Shown: positions 31,929 through 47,399 of the stretch, piece by piece
Numbering within the stretch: position 1 is the stretch's first letter
How the letters are laid out: every line of letters starts with the position of its first letter
Origin: the human T2T-CHM13v2.0 reference genome, Homo sapiens
DNA: 64,000 bases
Assembly (NCBI RefSeq): GCF_009914755.1
Contig: NC_060942.1
Reading direction: 5' to 3' (one strand)
Position numbers and translations under genes: made by a program
Notes under the pieces: generated by a model
Told to the model about the DNA's origin: nothing
What the model saw: only the letters and a program-made list of their open reading frames with translations
Database searches by the model: none

Positions 31929-34900
31929 TTAGACTTTTAGATATTGTCCTAAAGGACCCTGAGGCTTTTCTTTCAGTCTATTTTCTCTTTCTTCAGATGG
32001 GGTAATTTTTATTTCTCTTCCTTCAGATTTACTGATTCTTTCCTTCCTCATACTCATTCTTCTGTTAATGAGCCAATCAGCTTGGTTTTTAAATTTTGGA
32101 TAATCATATTTCTGCAGTTACAAAATTTCCATTTGGTTTTTTTTTATATTATTTATTTAGTTAATAAAACTATCTTTTTTATTTGTTTCAAGCATTTGTT
32201 TATAGTTTAATGAAACATTTTTGTGATAGCTACTTTAAAATCTTTGTCAGATAATTCCAACATTTCAGTGTTAGCACCTGTCGATTACATTTTTTCATTC
32301 AAGTTGATGTTTCCCTGGTTCTTGATATGGCAAGTAGTTTGTTTTTGAAACCTGGACACTTTGGGTATTTTATGAGACTCTGAATCTTATTTAAACCTTA
32401 CTGGCTTCCTCTGACACCACTTCAGTAGAAGCAGGTGGGGAGAGCTGCCTCATTAGCACCAGATGGGGGTAGAAGTCCACATTTCCCATTCAGACTATGT
32501 TATAACCCCTACAGGGGAGAGGATCCTCAGTATTGCTGGACAGAAGCGGGAGGGGAGGCTTAGCTTCCCACTAGACCTCTGCAGCTATCACTCTGACTGG
32601 GAGTAGCAGGAGTGCCTCACTACTGTCCCCACACTGTCCCCACATAGCCTCCATTGACCCCCCAGGGCCTCAGTACTCCTCAGGACGGCAGCAAAAGTCC
32701 TGAATCTCCACTAGGCCTCCTATAGCACAAGCTTTATTCCTGTTGGGTGTGTAGGAAGTACAGGCTTCCCACATGGCCTCAAATGACACTGAGAAGTGGG
32801 GGTCTCACTGCTGGCTGGCAGGGGTAGAAGTCCAAGCTCTTTACTCTGCCTCTTCTGACACCACCCCATGGAGGGATTGAGGGTCCTGATAAGAGTGGAG
32901 GTCTAGGCTCCCCTTCACCTGGGTTGGCCATCATTTTTTCTGTGGTGTTTGGCAGCAGCAGTAGAGCAATTGTTATCTAAAAGTTTTCTATCTGGCTATA
33001 CCGCTCCCTGCCCGGGCCTTTGTCTAGATAGAGAAGGCTTTTGTTGGGGCTCTTTTCGTCTATTCGTCTATGTCCATTGATGTTTACAGGGTGCTGATTT
33101 CTTTAGCTCCAAGTCTAGAAGACAGGAGGCAAAAAAGAAAATCTAGGGAACCCATCATTATGCTGTTTCTTGGGTTCCCACATCCCTAGAGAGTGCTTTC
33201 TTCTCCCCACTGTTCAGAGTCTTCTTCTTATTTTTTTTTACATATAATGTTCAAGGTTGTTAGTTGTACTTAGTGGGAGGAATAGGGAAAACTATATCTA
33301 CTCCATCTTCCCAGAAGTGGAAGTTCCAACAATTAACTATTTAAGAAATTTGTCTGCCATTTATTTTTCTGAAATATTTAAGAACCTTTTAGATTTGCCA
33401 ATTCCTCTAATTGAAGCAAATGTTTCAGGGAGGCAATCGGTAAAGAAAATGAAGCATCCATCTAGCATCATCCCACTGGGAGGAAAGAAGGAGACCAAAA
33501 GAAGGTAAACAATAGCAAAAAAATCTCTGAAGGAGTAAATCAAGATGGAGTTGATGGATAAGGAGGAATAAAACTACTCCAATTATCTGGAACTTACACT
33601 AAATGAAAAGCAAGTCTCCAAGATAGAAGCTGAGCATGACAAACAAATGCTGACAATATCAGGTAAACATGGAATGTTTCAGGTACACAATGCAAATTGT
33701 TATTAATCAGAATTAGTACTTGACAGATTGTATTTTAAGTGAGGATGTATATGGAAGCCATTAAGCCTTAATTGCTGGAAGGAATGGAGAAAAGGAAGGA
33801 AGGAGAGAGGGGTAAGGGAAGGAATGTTTTTGCTGTCTTCTATCTGCAATACTGAACCTAATCATAGAGCAGGTTGTGTCTCATGCAGTTAGGATGCCAA
33901 AAGTGATGCACCAATGAATATAATGGTGTTTTTAGCCCTGTTGCATGCTTTCCTGGGTCTTAGGTCTTTAAACATGGCTCTTCCTGGCATCCTTATCACT
34001 TTACTTAACTAGTCACTACAGGTAGTGCTTCAGTTCAACTATGAGGGATTCTTTCTCCCACAACTTCCCTACTCCAGGAACTTGGAAAGTGGATCATCTC
34101 TGACAGCTAAATTCCAAAACAAACACTTAGCAGATTGGAACATAATTATGCCAATTTATTATCAAAAGCCAGAATAGCTCTCAGGACAGCAATACCTGAT
34201 TAAAATTAGAAAGATGCTGGACTACCTTAGAAACAGTGTGTCAAGAAGAAGGAGAATGATCAGTAATGCAAACAGAGAAAAGAGCAAGTGAGGAGCAAAT
34301 TTTGGCCATGTCTTCTGCCCTGTGCACAGATGTTCTATCACCAGAGAGCAGAAACCTGGTCATGGGGCAGGATGTCCCATTAAGGGAATGAGCTCATGGG
34401 GCGGCCACATCAGCCTCCTCTTGCTAAGAGTGCCTGCTCCCTGAGACGCTCCTGATGGTAATTTGGCTTCCACGAAGACTTGTCTGCAAATAGAGAATAA
34501 GCTGTGCAGCGGAGCAAATTATCTACTCTGCTTTGAGTTCTTATTGTAAAGTAATAAATTGGTATTTTGGTTTTTAATCATCAGTCCCCGGTGAATTTTG
34601 TGTGAGTCCTCTCGCTCTAATACTTCTGAGAAGATGAACAATCACATTCTGATCCTGAAAAGCCAAGGACCAGGGTAAGGCCAATGGGCCTCCTGCATTC
34701 TTAGGGAGACATGCCTTGTGGACAGCCGGTCTTCCTTGGGGATAACTCTCATTGCTTGTTCTCTTCAAACTGCAACAAGTAACCTCCACCTCCCTTCAGG
34801 TCAGACCCCTGGATGCCTTACACTTACCCCGTAGGCACCATCCAGCTGAGACACCACACGCAGGTTGCCAGGCTAGACCTTCACCAGGTGCTGCCGCTGG

Positions 34901-36219
34901 GTCTGAGTCCCAAACTTGCCTTATCCAAGTCAGCTACTTTCAGTTCCAGGTGCCAGCCCCTGACCATCGGCCTCCACCCACCATGGTCACCTGGACCGTG
35001 CTTGCCATTTCTCAGGACACAGCACTGGCCAGGAAGCAGCAAACACAATTATAATAGGTTGAATACTTTTAAGTACATTTACAATCTCCCCAAACATTAT
35101 AAATCATTGTTATTGCAGACTTTGGGTCTGAGGCCCACTGAGAAAAACTTTTCAAGCAATTCAATGCTTTCAGCATTCAATACTGTCTAGTATTTAAGTG
35201 CATAATGGAATTGCATATGCAAGGAATGCTTATCAATATAATTGCAAACATGACCCACGAATCATGTAAAACAAGTCATAAATCATAACCTGCCAGTAAG
35301 TCTTGTCAAAGCATCAAAACACAACTCAAGATAAAAATCAGCTAATGCTGTTTCATGCTTGAATTCAGCTTCTAAACAGAGAACTGTTTGAGCTCACAGA
35401 GATGCAGGTAGGTTAATAAAGAGATACGTTTTTGTGTCCAGTAACTGAACCATATCAAATAATGACTGTATGAACCAGGGGTCTTCCAGGGAGTGGGGGT
35501 ACTGCTTCTAGAGTTCACCATTACCCCACTTTCTTCCTCCCATTTGTAAGTTAAGGGCCATCCCTCAGGCCCTCAGCTGCTGGCCCTAGCACCTCAGCCC
35601 TCTCCCGACTCCATCCAGATCCAGGGCTCAAGTACTGAGCAATGTCAAAGGGTGAAAAAGAGTTCCAGATTTAGCAGCTACCACCGCATAATACCGGGCT
35701 GCCGGTGGGCCTGGGTTCCTTCCTTCTTCCACTGAAGTCCTCCACCTTGCCTGTTTCCAAACAGTTTCTAAGGTAATGGATTAAATGAAAAATACAAAAT
35801 GTTATTACATTTTCACGTTTACAGACATAATAACATGCTAAACCTGAGAGATATTTCCACTTCAATGGACAAAAATATTTTCCCAATCTTTGGCCAGCCA
35901 TGCTAGAAAAATTGCACAACGCTCCTTGTTTTTGTTGTCTTTCCTACACATTCAAGTGTAATTTACTTAAACCAGGATGTCTCAATCTTGTATCAGGTTC
36001 TATGAAGTGTTAGAAAAAAAAAATCTCAGATTCTAAGAAGTTTGGAAGTGCTCCATGAGATATCTAATGCTTATAGACTCACAGGAAACATTAGTACATT
36101 TAGAATCTTAAAAATTCTAAGCAGTCTTGTGGTAAAGAACCAATTAGATATATAATTAATTCTAATTATTGATTGATATGTTTGCATATGTATTTATGTG
36201 CATATGAAATATCTATTTC

Positions 36220-36725
36220 CAAAAACTTTATTGAGGTATGATACCCACAATAAAATGTACTCATTTTTATGCCATAGTGTAATTTGTTTTAATAAACATA
36301 TACACCCATGAATCCACCACAACAAAAAAAATTGAACATTTCCATCACTTCCAAAAATTCTCTCATCATTCTCTCCATAAATCCATAACCCCAGTCTAAT
36401 GACGAGAAGAACATTCCACAAACCCAAATCAAGCGACATTGCAAAAAAGACCTGACCAGTATTCTTCAAAACTGTCAAGTCATGAAAAACTAGGAAAGAA
36501 TGAGAAACTGACCCAGACCACAGGAAGGGAAGGGAACATCACAACTAAACACAAGATCCTGGATTAGACCTTGGAGCAATAAAAAAGTATTAATGGAAAA
36601 ACTGGTGAAATCGGAATAAGGGCTGGAGTTAACTTTAATAGCATTGTCCCTAAGTTGTTCCTCAGTTTTGATAAATATGTCACAGTAATGCACGATGATA
36701 CCATGCGGGGGCAGTGAAAGTGGGT
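36220..36725. mobile_element. Two old L1M 3'UTR fragments in opposite orientations
   Basis: 36220-36370 is antisense (tttattgaggtatg..gaacatttccatcac). 36380-36725 is a sense L1MC-type fragment (ataaccccagtctaat..atcctggattagacc). Confidence 0.7.
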
Positions 36726-36888
36726 GCAGAGAGTGGAGAAACTCCCTGCCCATTTGCTGTCTCACAGTTTCCACAGGTCAGGAGTCCCGGCAGGCTCAGC
36801 TAGAACCCCTGCTAAGGTTCTCTGGGCTGCAATCAAGGTGTCAGTCTGGCTGCTTTCCTTCCAGGAACATGGAGTCTTCTTCCAAGTT

Positions 36889-36968
36889 CATGTGAATGTT
36901 GCAAGAATTAGTTCCATGTGGGCTAATACATGTGAATGTTGGAAGAATTAGTTCCATGTGGGCTAATA
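36889..36968. repeat. 40-bp tandem duplication (2 copies, 1 mismatch)
   Basis: CATGTGAATGTTG(C/G)AAGAATTAGTTCCATGTGGGCTAATA occurs twice in tandem. Confidence 0.95.
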
Positions 36969-37230
36969 ACTAGGAGTCCAAGTTTTCTGCTGGTGGAGGC
37001 AGCTCTCTGGGAATAGAGGCCCCCAGGTTCCTCTCCACATGCACCTCCTCCTAGGCCCCACACAAAGTGCCTGCCTGCCTCCTCCAGGCCAGTGAGAGAC
37101 TCCCTCAAGACTGTTAAGACAGAGTCTTACATAACGTGACATAATCATGGGCATGAGCACTCACAGCTTTGCTATCTAATATAATCAAGGGAGTGATGCC
37201 CCATTAGCAATTGATTAGAAGCAAGTCACA

Positions 37231-37544
<314 letters not shown>

Positions 37545-38038
37545 GGATAGGAAATGGAGTGAGGGGGTCACAATCCTGCTTAAACTCAAAGGAGTCGGGG
37601 CGGGACAGGTGTATTACTCAGGTGTTATACCAGGTGGCAAAGGTGAGAAGACTATCTTACTTCTTTTTATGTGTGATGTGTATGGATTTCACCATCCATT
37701 TTAGGATAGACTATTAGAGGCACAGAGGCACGAAATGAATCCATTTCAAGTACATAGATGGTCAATGACATAGCAAGGGCTAGACCCCAGGTCTTACAAA
37801 AGGAAAACATTTCTGAAACTATAAGCTTTGTTACTTAGCTTTTAAGTAACAAATGCTTTTTTTGTTGTCCATTTAAATTCTTGACTTTTTTGTTTTGAAT
37901 TTTTTAAATTGTTTTGTTGCATGTATTTTCAGTTTGTGAACTTTACTGGATGCCCAGTAAAGTTCGCTTATAAACATTACCTTATGGTGGGCATGAATTA
38001 GAAAGCTTGCAGAATAAGCATGTTATTTTTAAAAGAAC

Positions 38039-38421
38039 TGTATTAGGCCATTTCACACTGCTCTAAAGAACTACCTGAGACTGGGTAATTTATGAAGAAA
38101 AGAGGTTTAATTGGCTCACAGTTCCTCAAGCTTAAGAGGAAGCATGACTAAGAGGCCTCGGAAACTTACAATCATGGTGGAAGGAGAAGGGCAAGCAAGC
38201 ACCTTCTTCACATGGTGGCAGGAGAGACAGCGAGTGAAGGGAAAAGTACTACACACTTTCAAACAACCAGATCTCGTGACAACTCACTCACTGTCACAAG
38301 AACAGCAAGGGAGAAGTCCACCCCTATGATCCAATCACTTCCCACCAGATTCCTCTCCTGACACATGGGGATTACAACTGGTGATGAGATTTGGGTGGAA
38401 ACACAGAACCAAACCATATCA
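38039..38421 (-). mobile_element. MSTA/THE1D-like MaLR solo LTR
   Basis: Runs tgtattaggccattt..ctgagactgggtaatttatg..ccaaaccatatca with TSD (A/G)GAAC. Confidence 0.92.
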
Positions 38422-39585
38422 GGAACAAACACAATAAAACAAAGTTTGCAATAAAGCTTTATCATGATTTGGAAAGGCATAGATTCAGTTTAGTGGGAAC
38501 TCATATTACTTCCTATGATGAACATGTTCTGATTACATCTTACACAAATTCTGTCCCTGAACCTTTTCTTCTTCAAGGATCACGCTTGGATTATGTCATA
38601 ATAAACAAAATGTTCTTCAATTATAAGAGAAAAATGTCATCTGGCCTATTACAAGTGGCACTAGCTCATATTTGGGTCAATTAAAAGACTTTTGCTTAGG
38701 GTATATATATCACAGGACAAAATCATAGTTGTGTTGTTCCCAAGGGTGGAAAAGTAGGTTTCTTGTTGTTGTTTTACTTTGTTTTGTTTTGTTTTAAAAT
38801 GAATGTCATGGATATTTGTGTCAAAAACCCTTGAAGATATTCCATTCTAAAAGAAAAAGAAGATTCTGACTTAATCTTAAGAACACAAGTTTTCATGCAA
38901 TGTATAACCCGTGTATACTGTAACATAGTATAACAGGCATTTCTAAATGACAATTAAAATGACCCATTTATATAAAAAATAACATCTTAGCTCCTCTTCT
39001 ATGCTTACTAGTCCAAAATAAGAATCACAGGAGAATGCTGAGAATTAACAAAAGAGCAAATTTAGTTTAAAAGGTAGTCTTTCATGCTTTGCAAAAAGTA
39101 TAGAATTGAAAAACCGAGCACATTATATTGGAAGCATTGAAAGGAATGAAAAGGAAGTGTTGGGTAAATGGTGGCAATTGTTCCAACTCATCTGTGAATG
39201 CAGGAACAGAACTGAATGCAGGAAGCAGCTAAATAGGATCCATTCAGACTCATCTGTCCCTCCTGTCTCCAGAAAGGCCACGGGGAAACCATGGCATGAC
39301 AGCTGGTGGGGCACGAGCACTGAGAGAAGCCACAGAGGGGCCACATCAAACGTTCCAACAACCCATCAGGAACGGTGGGCCATCTTCAGAATCAGGCGAA
39401 CACTGCACACAGAGCCATGCGTAGAGAAGAAGCTGCAAGATAGACCACTGCCTAAAATCATCCATGAACTGTGACTGAAACCAAATAGCCTCAGAATATT
39501 GGAGCTATAAGGAACCTTGGAGATTCTCAAATAAATGAATTCATTTACATTTTTTAGTGAAACATTTAACCATGTTTGAAAATAG

Positions 39586-39935
<350 letters not shown>

Positions 39936-42493
39936 TAGAATAACCTTTTATTAAACTATATTTCTACATTTCAACACTGTTTATATTTCTAAAATACTTA
40001 TTGTGTCAATGCATTTCAGATTTTGCAATATTTCAGTGTTTGCTCAAAGCCTTTACTTTAAGAGATGATCTGATATTGCTCGTGTATCTGAAATCAGACA
40101 GATGACTAGCAAGATAAAAGAATGTTACTTTAAAAGCATAAATCTTCTTGGGATCCAATTACTTGTGAATGCTCCTCAGCTCCCTCAGGAAAAGAAGCTG
40201 CTGACATTCTGGAGAAGAAACAGGTAGAGCTCAGGCTGTCCTGCTCTCCTTTGCGGGTACATTCTTTTAACAAATGCAAGGTGAGCAGATGGCAAATTGG
40301 TCTTCATCTCCCCAAAACTTATCAAAAAAAAACAGCGGAACTCATGGCAAACTATATACACACACGAGCACATGCACGAACCCCAGGCTTCCTGTAAGTT
40401 GCCCAAATCCAAAGGGATCTTTAAAATACGTCCCCTTTAAAAAGTTGTCATCCTGTATGTAATATTGATCTACATATTCACTCTCCTCTCCAACACATCT
40501 CAAAGAAAGCAAAATGCCAGTACTCTTAGCAGACTCATGATCATTATTGGTCTTCCCAGAAGGAAACAGAATGACTACCCATCCTGAGGTACAAATTACC
40601 TTTGTGGCACAATAATCAGTATTTTGGCCACTTGTAGCTGATTTCTCAGGTTCTAAGCGCCCCTTGTGCTAACAAACCAATAGTCAGAGCCAGGTCTAGT
40701 CAGCATTAAGACATCTGCATCCCAGTGGGCAACCACACACTTTTAAGATGTGCTGTGGCCTGACAGACTTCCCTTGTTATAAATATTAGAATATAATGAA
40801 TCAGATATGCAAGGACACTAAGGGAAAATCTAACTGATTATATCCTTTCCTTTCAATCTTAATTCTCCCCTTTGTTCTCCAAAGGAAATCTAAACTAACT
40901 GCCAGTTTCCTGAGACAGGGTCCAGACGTATCTGCGAACTTGAGGCATTCTGGGTGCTGCAAGAGCTCTGGGAAAATTGGTCCTGGGGATGAAGGGCTCC
41001 CTGGTGTCCTATATACATGCCGTGCCATGTATGTTGTGTGCATTAGCTAATTTAACCCCTCCAGTAACCCTCAGAGCAGAGATTCTAAGAGTATGTCCAT
41101 GGATCCCTGGGAGTTCCCTATGGCACATTACTTTTTTATTATTTTATTTTAATATTGTATTGTAACTTCTATATTAATAACATTTTATATATATTTAAAT
41201 GATACTATTTTTAATCATTTTACTTTTATAATTTATACCTTTTTTAAATACTACTATGACATTATTTGCCTTTCTCACAGCACTGACATTCTTTTTAAGT
41301 TCTATGGATTCTTTTTTTAAAATTTATTTATTTACTTATTTATTTTTTATTATACTTTAAGTTCTGGGATACATGTGCAGAACATGCAGGTTTGTTACAT
41401 AGGTATACATGTTCCATGGTGGTTTGCTGCACCCATTAACCCATCATCTACATTAGGTATTTCTCCTAATGCTATCCCTCCCCTTATCCTCCACCCACCG
41501 ATGGGCCCCAGTGTGTCCACGTGGGCCCCTGTGTCCACGTGTTCTCATTGTTCAAATCTCACTTATGAATGAGCACATGCAGTGTTTGTTTTTCTGTTCC
41601 TGTGTTAGTTTGCTGAGAATGATGGTTTCCAGCTTCATCCATGTTCCTACAAAGGACATGAACTCATTCTTTTCTACGGCTGCATAGTATTCCATGGTGT
41701 ATATGTGCCACATTTTCTTTATCCAGTCTATCATTGATGGACATTTATTTGGGTTAGTTCCAAGTCTTTTCTATTGTGAATAGTGGTGCAATAAACATAC
41801 GTGTGCATGTGTCTTTATAGTAGAATGATTTATAATCCTTTGGGTATATACCCAGTAATGGGATTGCTGGGTCAAATGGTATTTCTGGTTCTAAATCCTT
41901 GAGGAATCACCACACTGTCTTCCACAATGGTTGAACTAATTTGCACTACCACCAACAGTGTAAAAGTGTTCCTATTTCTCCACATGCTCTCCAGCATCTA
42001 TTGTTTCCTGACTTTTTAATGATCGCCATTCTAACTGGCATGAGATGGTATCTCATTGTCGTTTCGATTTGCATTTCTCTAATGACCAGGGATGATGAGC
42101 TTTTTTTCATAGGTTCGTTGGCTGCATAAATGTCTTCTTTTGAGAAGTGTCTGTTCATATCCTTCACCCACTTTTTGATGGGCTTGTTTTTTTCTTGTAA
42201 ATTTGTTTAAGTTCCTTGTAGATTCTGGATATTAGCCCTTTGTTATGTGGATAGATTGCAAAAATTTTCTCCCATTCTGTATGTTGCCTGTTCACTCTGA
42301 TGATAGTTTCCTTTGCTGTGCAGAAGCTCTTTAGTTTAATTAGATCCCATTTGTCAGTTTTGGCTTTTGTTGCAATTGCTTTTGGTGTTTTAGTCATGAA
42401 GTCTTTGCCTATGCCTATGTCCTGAATGGTATTGCCTAGGTTTTCTTCTAGGGTTTTTATGGTTTTAGGTCTTACGTTTAAGTCTTTAATCTA

Positions 42494-42601
<108 letters not shown>

Positions 42602-43028
42602 TCATTGCTTGTTTTTGCTAGGTTTGTCAAAGATTAGGTGACTATAGATGTGTGGTGTTATTTCTGAGGCTTCTGTTCTCTTCCATTGGTCTATATATCT
42701 GTTTTGGTACCAGTACCATGCTGTTTTGGTTACTGTAGCCTTGTAGTATAGTTTGAAGTCAGGTGGCGTGATGCCTCCAGCTTTGTTCTTTTTGCTTAGG
42801 ATTGTCTTGGCTATATGGGCTCTTTTTTGGTTCCATATGAAATTTAAAGTAGTTTTTTCTAATTCTGTGAAGAAAATCAGTGGTAGATAGGTGGGAATAG
42901 CATTGAATCTATATATTACTTTAGGCAGTATGGCCATTTTCATGATATTAATTCTTCCTATCCATGAACATGGAATGTTTTTCCATTTGTTTGTGTCCTC
43001 TCTTACTTCCTTGAGCAGTGGTTCATAG

Positions 43029-43529
<501 letters not shown>

Positions 43530-44323
43530 TAAACAGAGGCAATTTGACTTCCTCTCTTCCTATTTGAATACCCTTTATTTCTTTCTCTTGCCTGATTGCC
43601 CTGCCTAGAACTTCCAATACTATGTTAAATAGGAGTGGTGAGAGACAGCATCCTTGTCTTGTGCCGGTTTTCAAAGGGAATGCTTCCAGCTTATGCCCAT
43701 TCAGTATGATGTTGGCTGTGGGTGTGTCATAAATAGCTCTTATTATTTTGAAGTTTGTTCCATCAAGCCCTAGTTTATTGAGTGTTTTTAGCATGAAGGG
43801 GTGATGAGGTTTATTGAAGGCCTTTTCTGCATCCTTTGAGATAATCATGTGTTTTTTGTCATTGGTTCTGTTTATGTGATGGATTACATTTATTGATTTG
43901 CATATGTTGAACCAGCCTTGCCTCCCAGGGATGAAGCCAACTTGATCGTGGTGGATAAGTTTTTCATGTGCTGCTGGATTTGGTTTGCCAGTATTTTATT
44001 GAGGGCTTTCACATCGATGTTCATCAGGGATAGTGACCTGAAATTTTCTTTTTTGTTGTGTTTCTGCCAGGTTTTGGTATCAGGATGATGCTGGCCCCAT
44101 AAAATGAGTTAGGGAGGAGTCCTTCTTTTTCTATTGTTTGGAATAGTTTCAGAAGAAATGGTACCAGCTCCTCTTTGTAGCTCTGGTAGAATTCAGCTGT
44201 GAATTCATCTGGACCTGGACTTTTTTTGGTTGGTAGGCTATTAATTACTGCCTCAATTTCAGAACTTGTTATTGGTATATTCAGGGATTCGACTTCTTCC
44301 TTGTTTAGTCTCGGGAGGGTTTA

Positions 44324-44670
<347 letters not shown>

Positions 44671-47399
44671 TCATGTTAGGGTGTCGATTTTAGATCTCTC
44701 CTGCTTTCTCCAGTGGGCATTTAGTGCTATAAATTTCCCTGTCAACACTGCTTAAATGTGTCCCAGAGATTCTGGTATGTTGTGTCTTTGTTCTCATTGG
44801 TTTCAAAGAACTTATTAATTTCTGCCTTAATTTCGTTATGCACCCAGTAGTCATTCAGGAGCAGGTTGTTCAGTTTCCATGTAGTTGCGCAGTTTTGAGT
44901 GAGTTTCTTAATCCTGAGTTATAATTTGATTGCACTGTAATCTCAGAGACTGTTTGTTATGATTTCCATTCTTTTACATTTGCTGAGGAGTGTTTTACTT
45001 CCAGTTATGTGGCCAGTTTTAGAATAAGTGCTATGTGGTGCTGAGAAGAATATATATTCTGTTGATTTAGGGTGGAGAGTTCTGTAGATGTCTATTAGAT
45101 CCACTTGGTCCAGAGCTGAGTTCAAGTCCTGAATATCCTTGTTAATTTTCTGTCTCGTTGATCTGTCTAATATTGACAGTGGGGTGTTAAAGTCTCCCAC
45201 TATTGCCGTGTGGGAGTCTAAGTCTCTTTGTAGGTCCCTAAGGACTTGCTTTATGAATCTGGGTGCTCCTGTATTGGGTGCATATATATTTAGAATAGTT
45301 AGCTCCTCTTGTTGCATTGATCCCTTTACCATTACGTAATGCCCTTCTTTGTCTTTTTTTAATCTTTATAGGTTTAAAGTTTGTTTTATCAGAGACTAGG
45401 ATTGCAATACATGCTTTTTTTTTTTTTTTTTTTTTTGCTTGGTAAATAGTCCTCCATCCTTTTATATTGAGCCTATGTCTGTCTTTGCATGTGAGATGGG
45501 TCTTCTGAATACAGCACATCAATAGGTCTTGACTGTGTCCAATTCGCCAGGCTGTGTCTTTTAATTGGGGCATTTAGCCCATTTACATTTAAGGTTAACA
45601 TTGTTATGTGTGATTTTGATCCTGTCATCATGATGCTAGCTGGTTATTTTGCACATTAGTTGATGCACTTTCTTCATGATGTCATTGGTTTTTATATTTT
45701 GGTATGTTTTTGCAGTGGCTAATACCAGTTTCTCCTTTCCATATTTAGTGCTTCCTTCAGGAGCTCTTATAAGGCAGGCCTGGTGGTGACAAAATTCCTC
45801 AGGATTTGCTTGTCTGGAAAGGATTTTATTACTCCTTTGCTTATGAAGCTTAGTTTGGCTGGATATGAAATTCTGGGTTGAAAATTCTTTTCTCTAGGAA
45901 TGTTGAATATTGTCCCCCACTCTCTTCTGGCTTGCAAGGTTTCTGCAGAGAGATCCGCTGTTACTCTGATGGGCTTCCCTCTGTGGGTAACCTGACCTTT
46001 CTCTCTGGCTGCCCTTAACATTTTTTCCTTCGTTTCAACCTTGGTGAATCTGACAAGTATGTGTCTTGGGGTTGCTCTTCTCGAGGATTATCTTAGTGGT
46101 GTTCTCTGTATTTCCCAGATTTGAATGTTGGCCTGTCTTGCTAGGTTGGGGAAGTTCTCCTGGATAATATCCTGAAGTATGTTTTCCTACTTGTTTCCAT
46201 TCTCCCCGTCACTTTCAGGTACACTGATCAATCGTAGGTTTGGTCTTTTCACATAGTCCCATATTTCTTGGAAGCTTTGTTTGTTCCTTTTCATTCTTTT
46301 TTCTCTAATCCTGTGTTCATGCTTCATTTCATTAAGTTGATCTTCAATCTCTGATATCCTTTCTTCCGCTTGACTGATTTGGCTATTGATACTTGTGTAT
46401 GCTTCACGAAGTTCTCATGCTGTGTTTGTCAGCTACATCAGGTCATTTATGTTCTTCTCTAAACCAGTTATTCTAGTTAGCAGTTCCTGTAACCTTTTAT
46501 CAAGGTTCTTAGCCTCCTTGCATTGGGTTAGAATATGCTCCTTTAACTCAGAGGAGTTTGTTATTACCCACCTTCTGAAGCCTACTTCTGTCAGTTTATC
46601 AAACTCATTCTCTATCTGGTTTTCTTCCCTTGCTGGCAAGGAGTTGTGAGTTGTGATCCTTTGGAGGAGAAGAGGAATTCTGGTTTCTGGAATTTTCAGC
46701 ATTTTTGCACTGGTTTTTCCTCATCTTCATGGATTTATCTACCTTTGATCTTTGATGCTGATGACCTTTGAATGGGGTTTTTGCATGGGCATCCTTTTTG
46801 TTGATGTCAATGTTATTGCTTTCTGTTTGTTAGTTTTCCCTCTACAGTCAGGCCTCTCTTCTGCATGTCTGCTGTAGTTTGCTGGAGGTCCACTCTAGGC
46901 CCTGTTTGCCTGGGTATCACCAGTGGGGGCTGCAGAACAGCAAAGTTTGCTGCCTGCTCCTTCCTCTGGAAGCTTCGTCCCAGAGGGGCACCCACTAGAT
47001 ACCAGCCGGAGCTCTCCTGTATGAGGTGTCTGTTGACCCCTGCTGGGAGGTGTCTCCTGGTCAGGAGGCACAGGGGTCAGGGACCCGCTTGAGGAGGAAG
47101 TCTGTCCCTTAGCAGAGCTCAAGCGCTGTGCTGGGAGATTCGCTGCTCTCTTCAGATCCAGCAGGCAGGAAGGTTTAAGTCTGCTGAAGCTGCACCCACA
47201 GCTGCCCCTTGCCCCAGGTGCTCTGTCCCAGAGAACCCGATCTGACTGGGGCTGCTGCCTTTCTTTCAGAGATTCCCTGCCCAGAGAGGAGGAATCTAGA
47301 GAGGCAGTCTGGCTACAGTGGCTTTGCTGCGCTGCGGTGGGTTCTGCCAAGCTCAAACTTCCAGGTGGCTTTGTTTACACTGTGAAGGGAAAACCGCCT

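Larger units (their letters stand above)
28191..33327 (-). mobile_element. L1MC/L1MD-like element retaining both ends, internally deleted, hosting MST, Alus and (TA)n
   Basis: Antisense 3'UTR from about 28200 and a 5' end ctactccatcttcccagaagtggaagt near 33325. Candidate TSD AA(T/C)AATTAACT(C/A)TTT at 28176 and 33328. Confidence 0.75.

Noticed and set aside
39106-39474. 122-aa ORF in unique sequence
   Set aside because: It has a TTG start, no recognisable domain and no convincing exon boundaries; the length is compatible with chance.
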